Positions 50,911 through 62,526 of a DNA stretch of 64,000 nt are shown piece after piece (within the stretch, counting starts at the first letter, position 1; the number at the start of each line of letters is the position of its first letter). Under the pieces are notes generated by a model. The model was not told the DNA's origin. It did no database searches and worked only from the letters and a program-made list of their open reading frames with translations. The position numbers were made by a program, and so were the translations under genes. The stretch lies in IMG/VR virus record IMGVR_UViG_3300028888_000053, positions 148,278 through 212,277 of that record. One strand, written 5' to 3'. The stretch comes from a virus (taxonomy: Duplodnaviria > Caudoviricetes).

Positions 50911-50914
50911 ATTT

Positions 50915-52273
50915 ATGAATGATATTCAAGTAATATTAAGCGATGAACAACAAAATGCAGTAGATTATATAAAGAATTGGATTTTGCATAAGAAAGAATA
51001 TGCGTGTGTACTTTCTGGATGTGCTGGTACAGGTAAAAGTACAGTTGTTAGATTTATACTTAATTTCCTTCAACAGGAGCGAATTAAATATTGTTTAACT
51101 GCGCCTACTCATAAAGCCGCATTAGTATTACAATCGATGACTGATCAGAATGTATTAACATTACATTCTCTCTTAGCATTATCTCCTAAATTAGATATTT
51201 TGGAATTAGATTTTAAAGAACTTGAATTTAATTCCAATCCAACAAAAAATATTCCAAATGAAGGTGTTATCATTTGTGATGAAGCATCAATGATTAATGA
51301 TGAACTCTTTAAATTTATTGAAGAAAAATGTGCAGAACATAATGCTAAAGTATTATATGTTGGAGATAAAAAACAATTAGCACCAGTTAATAGTTTTGGA
51401 TATTCTAAAGTCTGGAAACTAAAAAACTTTATTGAATTAACTCATATATTTAGACAAGATAATGAAAGTGCTTTAACTCCATTATTAGTTGATTTACGTA
51501 AACATTATTTAACAAACTTTAATTTGGATATTCGAGAAAAAGGAAGTACCTTTGTAACGACAGATGCGAGAAAGTTTTTGGATTCTATATTGGAACATTA
51601 TAAGAAAGCGATTCATAAATCAGATATCTTATATACGAAAGTTCTTGCATATACAAATGAAAGAGTTAGATTATATAATGAGTTAATACATAAATCTATT
51701 TTTGGTAAAGAAAATCAATATGCTAAATTTGAGTTTTTAACTGCTTATGACAACTTTGAATATAATTCTATTTATTATGAAAATGGAATGGATTATATTA
51801 TTGTTGATGATCCAAAAAACGCTCATATTTTTATTCCTAATGTAGGAAGTTTTCCAGGATATTCTGTTGAACTATATAATAGTTTTACAAAAGAAACTGG
51901 AATAGTGAATATCATTGATAAAAATATGGATAAGCAGTATATCGATTTACTTGCTTTTAAAATAGAAGATTATAGAACGCGAGCAATAACTACTAAAGAT
52001 AAAAGGCTTAAAGGAATGTATTGGAAATACTATTTTCAAATTATGAATTCCTTTGCAGCACCATTTGATATTTATTATGACAATAGACTTATTAGAAAGA
52101 AATCTATTGATTATGGTTATGCTGTAACTGTTCACAAGTCTCAAAGCTCTTCAATTACAAATGTTTTTGTAGATATGAAGGATTTGTTTAAACAAAGAAA
52201 TGCTGAAGAATTAAGACAATTACAGTATGTTGCGCTTTCTAGAGCAAGAAAAGATGTATATATTTATGTATAA
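50915..52273 (+). CDS. Superfamily 1 helicase (Dda/RecD-like)
   Basis: GCAGTGKS, APTHKAA, DEASM, GDKKQLAPV, FRQ, YAVTVHKSQ, YVALSRAR. Confidence 0.9.
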   Translation: MNDIQVILSDEQQNAVDYIKNWILHKKEYACVLSGCAGTGKSTVVRFILNFLQQERIKYCLTAPTHKAALVLQSMTDQNVLTLHSLLALSPKLDILELDFKELEFNSNPTKNIPNEGVIICDEASMINDELFKFIEEKCAEHNAKVLYVGDKKQLAPVNSFGYSKVWKLKNFIELTHIFRQDNESALTPLLVDLRKHYLTNFNLDIREKGSTFVTTDARKFLDSILEHYKKAIHKSDILYTKVLAYTNERVRLYNELIHKSIFGKENQYAKFEFLTAYDNFEYNSIYYENGMDYIIVDDPKNAHIFIPNVGSFPGYSVELYNSFTKETGIVNIIDKNMDKQYIDLLAFKIEDYRTRAITTKDKRLKGMYWKYYFQIMNSFAAPFDIYYDNRLIRKKSIDYGYAVTVHKSQSSSITNVFVDMKDLFKQRNAEELRQLQYVALSRARKDVYIYV

Positions 52274-52836
52274 AATAAGTTGTTTATGGTACGAAAGTGG
52301 ATTGAAAACTTAGGAAAAGAAATAACAGCATGTGAATATGAGAAATTATATCCATACTTACATAATGTATACATCAGAGTTATTCCTGGATTTGCTGCTA
52401 TTAATGATGATATTGACTCTTTCGAAAAGCATGCTACATGGACTCCTAATCGATTAGTATATTATAAGGATTTAAATTATCCAGATGATATGCGATATGA
52501 ATATATCACAGAAGATGAATGTAAATTGTTATCAGATGCTTGGGATGTTTATTTAAAACAAAATAAATGAAAATAACCATTGTATATTCTGAACCAGAAC
52601 AAGTGTCTTCAATTGATATGCCAGCAGAACTTGAAGTGTTGTATTTGGATGAGAATTCTTTAAAAACTCGAAGAAAAGCGCATGGTTTAAAGGGATCTTT
52701 TGCAGCGAAAGAAACTCCTTGTGTATTTGTCTATAATGATAAAAATGAAGTAGATAAAGTATTTTATGCAGAAGTCAGTAAAGATCCTATTCGAGACTTT
52801 TTAGATTGGTATGTTAAACTTGATAAATAATTTTGA

Positions 52837-53295
52837 ATGAAACCTATAGACATTAAGGTAAAAAAATTAAGTGACACGGCTTGTTTGCCTGTTAAAAAAT
52901 ACGAGACAGATTACTGTTATGATTTAACGGCTGACTCTGTTGAAGAAATAGCACCAAACGTGTATAAGTATTCTGTGAATCTGGCATTTCAAATTGATAG
53001 ACAAAGTTGTCCAGAATTAGAAGACTATTTACTTGATATTGATGCTAGACCTAGATCTTCTATTTATAAAACAGGTATGATATTAGCTAATTGCGTTCCT
53101 ACAATTGATGAAAACTATACTGGAAATGTTCAAATGATTTTTTATCATGTTTTCCCTAATATGCCAAAATATGAAGTTGGAGATAGAATATGCCAAATAA
53201 AACTTGGATTTACTCCAAAACACATATTTACAGAAGTCGAAGAACTATCAACTACAGATCGTGGTAACGGAGGATTTGGATCAACTGGACGATAA
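52837..53295 (+). CDS. dut: dUTPase
   Basis: YDL, PRSS, TIDENYTG, GDRICQ, RGNGGFGSTG. Confidence 0.92.
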   Translation: MKPIDIKVKKLSDTACLPVKKYETDYCYDLTADSVEEIAPNVYKYSVNLAFQIDRQSCPELEDYLLDIDARPRSSIYKTGMILANCVPTIDENYTGNVQMIFYHVFPNMPKYEVGDRICQIKLGFTPKHIFTEVEELSTTDRGNGGFGSTGR

Positions 53296-53806
53296 ATGAA
53301 AACAAATATATACTTAACTACTTATATCAAAAATAATCATGCTTTTGAATTAGAGGTTATTCAATTACCTCAAACAAGTATGCCAGAAGAGGGTATTATC
53401 GAATTTGTAAATAATGTATACGGATTTAGTGATTATGATTTATATTATTCATATCTAGATTTCGATCATTTTTATGAATTATGTGTTGCCACTTTAGATA
53501 ATAAATTTATTTAGTTAAAAGATAAAACATGAGTAAAGAACAATACATCCATGAATATTTAGCATCAATAGATGTTAAATTACGAGTTATACTTGGTTGC
53601 GGAACACAAGAAGTATATAATCTTGAAGACGTTTCATTAAGCCTATTAAGAAAATCATGCGAGGCATGTGGATTTACATTACATGAAGAAGATGCACCAA
53701 ATGGTTGGTCTTATGATTATGCATATTCTATTCGTGATAGTAAGAATAAAGTTCTTTGGATTGCTTCTGGTAGCTTGTGGTATGGAGGATTGAAATTAAC
53801 TAAAGA

Positions 53807-54652
53807 GTGAAAAATATAAGTAAAGCAAAATCAATCACAAATCGTGATGATGAAATGCTTGCTTTGTATCTCAAGGATATAAATCGAATTCCTTTACTTG
53901 AAGAAGACGAGGAATTGGATTTATATCCTCTTGTTAAAGAAGGAGATGAAGCAGCAATTAACAAACTTATTAATGCCAATCTAAGATTTGTAGTTACTAT
54001 TGCTAAACAATATCAAGGACAAGGTATTGAACTTATGGACTTGATTTCAGAAGGAAATAAAGGATTAGTTATCGGAGCAAGAAAATTTGATCCAGATAAA
54101 AATACTAAGTTTCTAACATATGTAGGATGGTGGATTAGACAATCTATTATACATGCATTAAATAGCAATTCTAGGACTGTACGTATACCTAATAATACTT
54201 TAGCAAACATTAATAAGTTTCATCAAATTAATGAATTCTATCAAAAAACATTTGGTAGAGATGTAACTATTGATGAATTAATTGATCTAACTGGATTATC
54301 ACGTGATACAATTGTAACAGCCTTAACATCTAAAAAGAAAGTATTATCTTTTGATATGCCTTTCGAAAAGAATACAGAAGATGCTGGATGTCTTTTGGAT
54401 GTTATTCCTAATAATGAACAAGATCCAGAAGAAGAATTGATGAATAAAGAGTATTATAAATACATTGAAGATGAATTACAGTATCTTCCATTAAGAGAAG
54501 CCACAATCATTAAAATGTATTTTGGATTATATACTAAGTCAATGAATCTTGATGAAATTGGTAATAAAATGGGTTTGACAGCAGAACGTGTTAGACAATT
54601 ACGTGATGCTGGTTTGGAAATGATAAGAGAAAGGCTTTTGCGATATGAATAA
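53807..54652 (+). CDS. Sigma-70 (RpoD/SigA-like) sigma factor
   Basis: YLKDINRIPLL, ANLRFVVTIAKQYQ, DLISEGN, WWIRQSI, LTAERVRQ. Confidence 0.92.
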   Translation: MKNISKAKSITNRDDEMLALYLKDINRIPLLEEDEELDLYPLVKEGDEAAINKLINANLRFVVTIAKQYQGQGIELMDLISEGNKGLVIGARKFDPDKNTKFLTYVGWWIRQSIIHALNSNSRTVRIPNNTLANINKFHQINEFYQKTFGRDVTIDELIDLTGLSRDTIVTALTSKKKVLSFDMPFEKNTEDAGCLLDVIPNNEQDPEEELMNKEYYKYIEDELQYLPLREATIIKMYFGLYTKSMNLDEIGNKMGLTAERVRQLRDAGLEMIRERLLRYE

Positions 54653-55556
54653 ATTAATAATATTATACGGTTTGCCTGGTTCTGGTAAAACTACGTTTTC
54701 AAATGAATATTGTGCGAATAATCCTAATACAATTCACTTGAATAGGGATTTGATACGAGCAATGTTTAACTCTAAATGGAGTAAAGAATTAGAGGATGTG
54801 GTTAAAAATACAGAATATTCTACAATGTACAAGGCGCTCGAATCTGGTTTTGATGTTATTCTTGATGATGTATCAAATCTAAATCCTAGTACATATTCAA
54901 TTATTATGACATATGTTAAGGAATTGGAAACAAAGCTTAATTGTAAAATTGAAATTGTAGAAAAATGTTTTAATGTACCTTTGGATGAATGTATTAGACG
55001 TGATGCATCAAGAGTTATACCAGTAGGAGAAAAGGTTATTAAAGATTTTCATCATAAGTACAATCCAATTCTTGAAGCAAAAGAAAATGCTAAACATTTA
55101 GAGAAATTCAATAGTCAAAATAAAGATTGTGAACATGCAATTATTATTGATATTGATAAGACTATTGCTTTAAATACTACTGGACGACCCTGGTATGGAA
55201 AAGGTGCAGCAGAAGGTATGTTAGAAGATATACCTATTGATCCAATTATTAAGCATATCGTAAAGCAATATCCTTATAAAAAACTGTTTGTAACAGGAAG
55301 AGATGACGGTACTGATATTGCAGCTGCTACACAAAGTTGGTTGCAGAATAATGGCTTATTGGATGATAATAGTATTATTTTATTCCGTCACGAAAATGAC
55401 TGTAGAACTGGAGTAGAAGTTAAAGAAGAAATCTTCTTAAACGAAATTAAAGATAAATATTTTATTGATTTTGTATTGGAAGATAGTAAAAAAATATCTG
55501 CCATGTATTATAAATATGGGCTATTTGTGCTATCTCCATTTAATATAAATGAGTAA
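54645..55556 (+). CDS. Polynucleotide 5'-kinase/3'-phosphatase (T4 PseT-like)
   Basis: GLPGSGKT, NRDLIR; HAD DIDKT, VTGR, LEDS. Confidence 0.88.
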   Translation: MNKLIILYGLPGSGKTTFSNEYCANNPNTIHLNRDLIRAMFNSKWSKELEDVVKNTEYSTMYKALESGFDVILDDVSNLNPSTYSIIMTYVKELETKLNCKIEIVEKCFNVPLDECIRRDASRVIPVGEKVIKDFHHKYNPILEAKENAKHLEKFNSQNKDCEHAIIIDIDKTIALNTTGRPWYGKGAAEGMLEDIPIDPIIKHIVKQYPYKKLFVTGRDDGTDIAAATQSWLQNNGLLDDNSIILFRHENDCRTGVEVKEEIFLNEIKDKYFIDFVLEDSKKISAMYYKYGLFVLSPFNINE

Positions 55557-55907
55557 TGACTGAACAAGAATTTTTGTCTGCTAGAAAACCATTTTATATT
55601 GACTCTGATACTTTGTTGGTAAAGTTCTCTCCTGGCAAATACATGGATATGTGTATAAGCCAGTGGTTTACAGAATATAATATTTCATATCAATTTAAAA
55701 TTAGAGGTTATCTAATGGAAACTGAGAATCATGAAGAAGATTTTCTTATGATTTATTGGAATAATTATTCGATACCAAATATTAGTATTGAAGTTTTAAG
55801 TTATCTATTTAGATTCTTTCCACACATCAAGTGGATAGGATTAGGTTGTCATATTGGAAAACTTGGTGAGATTTGGAAACCACAATTGAAGGTAGAATGT
55901 AACAGAT

Positions 55908-57818
55908 ATGGTAATTGAAGTATACGATCTTGAGTCTTTGTCTAATATATTTACTTATACTGGATATAGACTAAAAGAAGATCAGTACTATCAATTTTGT
56001 ATTTGCGATTGGAGAAATGATTTAGAACCATTAATAAATCATTTAAAGACAGAACATTTAATGCAAGTAGGATTTAATAATGAAGATTATGATTATCCTT
56101 TATTACATTATTTGTTAAATAGTTATGATATATTTCAAACTTCTAGAGGACAAACAGTAGCACAAGCTCTCTATAATAAATCGCAGGATATTATCTCATC
56201 TGATTTTTCTTCTATTAAATATGAAGAGAAAATAATTCCACAAATCGACCTATATCGTATATGGCATTTACGCCATAGAGGTTGCTCTCTTAAGGATTTG
56301 GAATTCGCGATGAGAATGGAGAACATTGAAGATATGCCAATAAATCACACAACATGGTGTAAACCAGGTGATGAAGAAATTATATTAGCATATAATCTTA
56401 ATGATGTTAAGGCAACTACTAATTTCTTTAATTTAACAATTGGTAAAACTGATAACCAACTTTATAAAGGGAAAAACCAAATAGAGTTGCGTTTAAAGTT
56501 AATGGAAAAATTCAAAATCAATTGTTTAAATTATCCTGACGTACGTCTTGGTGAAAGTATTATAACTAAATTATATGCACAAGCCACAAATCAAAGTGTT
56601 GCCAAATTAAAGAATATACAGACTACAGCTCGAAGCTCAATTAACTTAGCAGACTGTATACCAAACTGGGCTAACTTTAAAACAAAAGAATTTAATGAAA
56701 TAAAACATAAATTTCAATCTACAATTATTACACAAATTAAAGATTCATTTGATGAATCTATATATTTTCGAGGTAATAGATTAGATTATGGTGTAGGTGG
56801 TTTACATTCTTCTAAAGTAGGAATATTCAATTCTGATGATGAATACATTATTGTTGATCAAGATGTTAGTTCATTGTATCCAAGTTTAGGAGTAACTTTA
56901 AAATTATATCCAGAACATCTTGGACCAATTTTTACTGATATATATAAGAATAATATTGTTGATGTTCGTCTAGCTGAAAAAGCAAAACCAAAAGAATTAC
57001 GTGATAATGTAATTATTGAAGGTTATAAGAAGGCAGCAAACGCAATTTATGGTAAATCTAATGAAGAGAATTCTATCTTCTATGATCCTTTATATACGGC
57101 AAAAATAACAGTTGGTGGACAAATGTTTATTTCGCTATGGATTGAAACTTTATATAGGTTTATTCCAGAGTTTGAATTAATACAAGCTAATACAGATGGA
57201 TTAACCTATAAAATACCAAGAAATCAATTAAACAATATAGACATCGTAACTAGATGGATGACAAAGTTAACAGGTCTTCAAATTGAAAATAATTATTATT
57301 CAAAAATGATAATTCGAGATGTAAATAATTACATTGCGCAATATGAAGATGGTCATCTAAAACTAAAAGGATGCTTTGAAATTGATAAAGATATTTATAA
57401 AGATCATTCCATGAGAATCATTCCAATTGCATTAAAGGAATATTTTATTAATGGAGTTCCAATTGATCAAACAATTAAGAATCATAAGGATATTTTAGAT
57501 TTCTGTTTACGATTAAAAATTACCAGAGATAATATGGCAACATTTTCTGTATTAAATACAGATGGGACAATCAGTTCTACTCAGTTATCACGTACTACAA
57601 GGTATTATATGTCCAATCAATTAGGGGCGGGTATATTGACTAAGTTTTCTAATGATGGTTCCAAAACAAATATTAATGCAGGATATACTGCCGTATTATT
57701 TAATAAATATAAAGAATTAGATAATTATAATATTAATTATTTATTTTATATCCAAGAAGCAAATAAAATAAAGAATAGTATTGTAAATAATCAGTTAGAT
57801 CTCTTTACTAATTATTAA
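55908..57818 (+). CDS. Family B DNA polymerase
   Basis: Exo YDLE, GFNN..YDY, YNLNDV; pol DVSSLYP, KKAANAIYG, NTDG, KLKG. Confidence 0.92.
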   Translation: MVIEVYDLESLSNIFTYTGYRLKEDQYYQFCICDWRNDLEPLINHLKTEHLMQVGFNNEDYDYPLLHYLLNSYDIFQTSRGQTVAQALYNKSQDIISSDFSSIKYEEKIIPQIDLYRIWHLRHRGCSLKDLEFAMRMENIEDMPINHTTWCKPGDEEIILAYNLNDVKATTNFFNLTIGKTDNQLYKGKNQIELRLKLMEKFKINCLNYPDVRLGESIITKLYAQATNQSVAKLKNIQTTARSSINLADCIPNWANFKTKEFNEIKHKFQSTIITQIKDSFDESIYFRGNRLDYGVGGLHSSKVGIFNSDDEYIIVDQDVSSLYPSLGVTLKLYPEHLGPIFTDIYKNNIVDVRLAEKAKPKELRDNVIIEGYKKAANAIYGKSNEENSIFYDPLYTAKITVGGQMFISLWIETLYRFIPEFELIQANTDGLTYKIPRNQLNNIDIVTRWMTKLTGLQIENNYYSKMIIRDVNNYIAQYEDGHLKLKGCFEIDKDIYKDHSMRIIPIALKEYFINGVPIDQTIKNHKDILDFCLRLKITRDNMATFSVLNTDGTISSTQLSRTTRYYMSNQLGAGILTKFSNDGSKTNINAGYTAVLFNKYKELDNYNINYLFYIQEANKIKNSIVNNQLDLFTNY

Positions 57819-57985
57819 TTAAAATATTATGGGTGCAATATATATAGTAGGAATGCTAGCTTGCTTTCTTGGATTGTTATGGTTTAATCCACAAAGAAGT
57901 CTATCAAAATTGTTATCCTATGCTCTTATGTCCGCGTTCTCGTGGGTTGGAGTTTTCATTTTATTAATTGCTTATTTTGCGGGAA

Positions 57986-58609
57986 ATGCTGACGATACGG
58001 AATGTTAATGTTTACAATTTAAAAGAAGCTGTGATTGCTTCTGGAAATGCATACAGGATAGATCCTGTTGCTATTACTGATGAAGAATTTGAGAAAGGGT
58101 TGAAGAGAATGACAAAGCTTGTTCAAGCAACTGATCATAGCAATGTCAAATCACATAGCCATGCGTTGGCTGGAATATTAGTATCATTAGATATTGTATA
58201 TCCTAATTACATTTCTCCAGAAATGCAGAGATATCATTTCTTTGAAATAGTATCCTCATCAAGTAAGATGCATAAACTACTTTCTATGAATATGGACAAT
58301 TGTTTTAATGAGTATGTAACACAAGAAAACATTGCTCTTATGAAACAATATATTGCAGAATATAACGCTATCGATAAGGATGATTCTGACGCGTTATATA
58401 AAGCTTGGATGAAAGTATTGTCTAATTGTCCTCAAGGATTGGAATTGTTTATGCATGTTACAACTAATTACTTGCAATTACAAACAATGTACTTTCAAAG
58501 GAAAAATCATAGATTAAAGGAAGACTGGGGTGCGTTTTGTGATTTCGTAGAACACCTTCCTTATTTTAAAGAATTAATACTTGGAATACCCAATGAAAGT
58601 AATATATAA
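57986..58609 (+). CDS. ThyX-fold-like phage protein
   Basis: EMQRYHF, SSSKMH, TNYLQL..MYFQRKNHRL..W...C. Confidence 0.45.
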   Translation: MLTIRNVNVYNLKEAVIASGNAYRIDPVAITDEEFEKGLKRMTKLVQATDHSNVKSHSHALAGILVSLDIVYPNYISPEMQRYHFFEIVSSSSKMHKLLSMNMDNCFNEYVTQENIALMKQYIAEYNAIDKDDSDALYKAWMKVLSNCPQGLELFMHVTTNYLQLQTMYFQRKNHRLKEDWGAFCDFVEHLPYFKELILGIPNESNI

Positions 58610-58937
58610 TAATATTATACCATTTAAAGGATTTGTGGCAATGAACTTATTTGGCGTATTGTTTGCTCGGAAAAAATATAAGCCATTAAGTCCTATTACA
58701 ATTAATCACGAAGCAATTCATTCTAAACAAATTATAGAATTAGGTTTTATTGGTTTCTATATTCTATATATATTAGAGTATATAATGAGAATTATTCAAC
58801 ATGGAAATTTACATGTAGGATATCGTGATATCTCATTTGAAAGAGAAGCATATGCACATGAAAAAGATTTAGATTATTTAAAAACTAGAAAACATTATAG
58901 TCAATGGAGAAATCATGAGAAAAAGTACATACGATAA
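58593..58937 (+). CDS. Small HExxH metallopeptidase-like membrane protein
   Basis: INHEAIH...Q; ISFEREAY. Confidence 0.6.
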   Translation: MKVIYNNIIPFKGFVAMNLFGVLFARKKYKPLSPITINHEAIHSKQIIELGFIGFYILYILEYIMRIIQHGNLHVGYRDISFEREAYAHEKDLDYLKTRKHYSQWRNHEKKYIR

Positions 58938-59320
58938 AATATATGATATTCTAACTAAAGGGAAATACGATATAGAAGCATTGTATGAAATTGGATTGCC
59001 TTTGGATTTTTCTGAAAGAACAGGTATAGAACCTCATACGTTTCATGAGTTCTATACTATGTATAAAAATGGTTCACAACAAGATAGTAATGATACTGAA
59101 AATGACGTAAATGATTTTAGTATTAATCCAGAAACATATACGTGGGCTACAAGTAGTAGTAGATTTAATACTATTACAAGTGATTATATTGACTCATTAA
59201 TTAACAGATTGAGTACTACACAAGCTACAATCAGAGAAGCAGCTTATACCAATCAAAGCGCAACTACAGCTTCCAGTTGGTATTCTACTTCAGACATACT
59301 TATTTAATATTGAATAATAT

Positions 59321-59578
59321 ATGAATACTAATAATGACGAATACGTAGAATACGAAGAAGTCACTAATCAAGAAGATAAAAAACAAAATCTGATTAATAC
59401 TATGACTTCTGATGAGGATTTTATGCGTAATTTTATGAAATTACATACTCCTCTCAATGCAACTCCATTGCCAGGAAGAAATGACATTTGTCCATTCTGT
59501 GATTCTGGATTAAAGTTTAAAAAATGTAAATGTTTTCAAGAACATCAAAAAGAATACAGAAATAAGTATTACTTATGA
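59321..59578 (+). CDS. SEC-C motif protein
   Basis: GRNDICPFCDSGLKFKKC. Confidence 0.8.
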   Translation: MNTNNDEYVEYEEVTNQEDKKQNLINTMTSDEDFMRNFMKLHTPLNATPLPGRNDICPFCDSGLKFKKCKCFQEHQKEYRNKYYL

Positions 59579-59828
59579 AAAACCCATATAAAAGAATATG
59601 TGTCCAGGGATTAGAACTTGCTTATGGTCCTATGATCCCTGGACCACAAGTGCGAGAAGACGTTTATATGCACTCATGTGATAATTGCAATTTTGTTAAT
59701 TGGAAAGATCAGTGGTATGTAGTAAAAAATGTAGACAATCTTATAGAAACATTAATACCATGTAATACTGAAACAGAAATAGAATATATCATGCAATTGC
59801 AACACATGAATAAATTAATTAAATCATT

Positions 59829-60461
59829 ATGATAGCACAATATAATGTACGTTATGACAAAGACCAGCCAATATTCTTTACATCAGACCTACATTTCTAT
59901 CATGAAAATATAATACGATTTTGTAATCGTCCATTCTCATCTGTTAATGAGATGAATGAAAAGTTAATAGATAACTGGAATAAAACAGTTACAGATGATT
60001 CTATTATATTTGTATTAGGAGATGTTTGCTTTGGTAGTAGTTCTAATTGGAACTCTTGTTTAAGCGCATTAAAAGGAAAGAAAATCTTAATCCTTGGTAA
60101 TCATGATATGAAGAATATCACCGATGGGGCAATGAGGTTTTTTGACTATGTAACACAACAAATGTTTATAACAATTAGTAATAGAAAAGTATATTTAAAT
60201 CATTATCCTTTTTTATGTTATGGTGGATCATTAAGGCCATATAAGAATGCTGTATTTCAGTTATTCGGTCACGTACATACTTCAAGATTCACCAATACAG
60301 GAGAAGATTTCAAATTAATGAAATATTGTAATTGTTATCAATACGATGTTGGTGTTGATTTTAATGATTTCAGACCAATTAGTTGGCGTCTTATAGATGA
60401 AAGAATAAAAATCCAAGCAGATAAAAATGTAAATTATTTATATTGGATTCAACACGGATAA
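59829..60461 (+). CDS. Calcineurin-like metallophosphoesterase
   Basis: SDLH, LGD, GNHD, HYP, GHVH, DVGVD. Confidence 0.9.
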   Translation: MIAQYNVRYDKDQPIFFTSDLHFYHENIIRFCNRPFSSVNEMNEKLIDNWNKTVTDDSIIFVLGDVCFGSSSNWNSCLSALKGKKILILGNHDMKNITDGAMRFFDYVTQQMFITISNRKVYLNHYPFLCYGGSLRPYKNAVFQLFGHVHTSRFTNTGEDFKLMKYCNCYQYDVGVDFNDFRPISWRLIDERIKIQADKNVNYLYWIQHG

Positions 60462-60467
60462 ATTAAT

Positions 60468-60932
60468 ATGATAAATATTGATGAATTAATTTCTAAGAGC
60501 ATGAAAGAGCAAAATCATTATAAACTCAATGCTCTTAGAAATTTTAAAAATGAAATATTAAAGTATAAGACAGCTAAAAATGCTAAACCTTATACGGATA
60601 ACGCAGAGATATCTATATTGAAAAAAATAATATCTCAATATAAAGATTCTATTGAACAATTTAATGCTGCCGGTAGAATAGATTTGGCCGAAAACGAAGA
60701 GAATGAATTAAAGGAAATTCAAAAATTTATGCCAGAACCAATATCAGAAGAAGAGTTGAACACAATATTTCTTGAGGCTTGCGAACACAATGATATTGAT
60801 ACAAATGTTAATTACCTTGAATTCATTCCAAAAAATAAAATGGGACTTATTATCAATTATATAAAAGATAAGTGTCCTCAAAATGATCCAGTTCAAATTG
60901 TTGAATTAGTAAAATTGCATCTTATAAAATGA
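60468..60932 (+). CDS. GatB/YqeY domain protein
   Basis: SMK...ALR...DSIEQF..AGR.DLAENE..E...FMP. Confidence 0.82.
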   Translation: MINIDELISKSMKEQNHYKLNALRNFKNEILKYKTAKNAKPYTDNAEISILKKIISQYKDSIEQFNAAGRIDLAENEENELKEIQKFMPEPISEEELNTIFLEACEHNDIDTNVNYLEFIPKNKMGLIINYIKDKCPQNDPVQIVELVKLHLIK

Positions 60933-61216
60933 ATAAACCTCAACCATTTATTGATAAAAAAGTAGAAAAATTTGCTACTATATGCGATGCAATGACTAAA
61001 TTATATGCTAAGAAAAATCATGATTATGGTGACGCATTTAGCAAGTCGATTCAAGAATTTGGCACTGTAGCTGGTCTTGTAAGAATTAATGATAAATTTA
61101 ATAGATTGAAAAATCTTATTATGGTTAAAGATAGAGAAGTTACAGATGAATCAATTCAGGATACATTGTTAGACATGGCAAGTTATTGCATCATGTTATC
61201 AATGGAAGAAATATGA
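60929..61216 (+). CDS. DUF1599 / nucleotide-modification-associated domain protein
   Basis: KKNHDYGDAF...RINDKFNRL...DESIQDTLLDMASY. Confidence 0.8.
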   Translation: MNKPQPFIDKKVEKFATICDAMTKLYAKKNHDYGDAFSKSIQEFGTVAGLVRINDKFNRLKNLIMVKDREVTDESIQDTLLDMASYCIMLSMEEI

Positions 61217-61304
61217 TTTGTATGTATTATTTATTAATTATAACAGGTATATTATTATTTTGCTTTATTTCGATAATGTACGCTTCTTTAATTAGTGATA
61301 AGAT

Positions 61305-61505
61305 ATGGAAAAGAAATTAACATTAAACACAGCTGAGAAAAAGATTTTTGGAATTTGTTCAGGAATAGCTAAGTATTGCGGTATAGATCCATTCTTTATA
61401 CGTTCATTGTATGTCTTATTATTTCTTTTCTTTCCATTCGGAATAATTCTTGCATATGTCCTTTTATATTTTATAATACCTAGTGATTCAAATGGAAACA
61501 AATGA
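61305..61505 (+). CDS. PspC domain membrane protein
   Basis: KIFGICSGIAKYCGIDP..IR...AYVLLYFIIP. Confidence 0.85.
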   Translation: MEKKLTLNTAEKKIFGICSGIAKYCGIDPFFIRSLYVLLFLFFPFGIILAYVLLYFIIPSDSNGNK

Positions 61506-61876
61506 TAATTATACAAAATCATTAGAATTATATACTTATCTTATTAAACAAGGTTTTGTTGACGTAACTAAAGAGGACCCTATACATTTCCACGAACAAT
61601 TACCTGTAACATTTGATAATATATATACATTAACTTATCGCTTTAAAAGGGATGATGATGTATTGACAACTATATGTTACGGAGTTGATTTAGATTATAA
61701 TTGGGCACATATTATTATAGAGTCGTATTATAATAAATGTATGTCAAAGTTTTGCCAACAAATGCCACCAAAAGATGTGCTTAAATATATACAATGGTTT
61801 ATTGATAGAAATGAAGAATATATCAAGAAATTGTATAAGCAAAGCCAAGAACATAAAACAATAAACTTTGTTTAAA

Positions 61877-62509
61877 ATGACAGACAATTTTGAGTTAATA
61901 AAAAACTATATGCTGACAGAACAGATTCCCTTGTTATCAAAAGATGCAGGGGATCTGTTCTTTTCTATTATGCTAATTAGACGAGGTAAAGATCATCCTG
62001 ATTTGCCATCTGCAAATTATACATTTAAATCATATTACATTGACTCAATAGAAAAACTAGACATATCCAAACAAGAAATTATTACATGTTGTGACTTATT
62101 TAAACTTAGAGCATATGTTTCTGTGAACATTAAATCAAAAGAAGCTTTTAGTAAATATTGTTCTTATTCTTATGCTTTAAATATTTTAAATAATGAATAT
62201 AAAAAACCATGGAGAGTACTTGATCATGTATTTGGAAAATTAAAAGCTTCTAATGAATCCAGATGGATTGTTGACGTAGATGATTGTTTACCTAATTCTA
62301 TTTATTTAAAAGCAATAGAAAATATAATCAATGAATGTGATTCTGGATTTGAGAAGAATTGTATTTTAGAAGTTAAGACTAAATCCGGAGTACATATTAT
62401 CACACATCCATTTAATTTACAACAATTTAACGATTTGTGTAATGTTAATAATTGTGGTGTACTAGATGTAAAAAAGGATCATGTAACATTGTTATACGAG
62501 AATTTATGA
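61877..62509 (+). CDS. Hypothetical phage protein
   Basis: WIVDVD and TKSGVHIITHPF motifs, possibly primase-like fold. Confidence 0.5.
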   Translation: MTDNFELIKNYMLTEQIPLLSKDAGDLFFSIMLIRRGKDHPDLPSANYTFKSYYIDSIEKLDISKQEIITCCDLFKLRAYVSVNIKSKEAFSKYCSYSYALNILNNEYKKPWRVLDHVFGKLKASNESRWIVDVDDCLPNSIYLKAIENIINECDSGFEKNCILEVKTKSGVHIITHPFNLQQFNDLCNVNNCGVLDVKKDHVTLLYENL

Positions 62510-62526
62510 TTTAAAATTTTTAACAT

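Noticed and set aside
3929-61522. Numerous short minus-strand and nested alternate-frame ORFs in the track
   Set aside because: Shadows of longer plus-strand genes with recognisable motifs; the window is uniformly plus-strand
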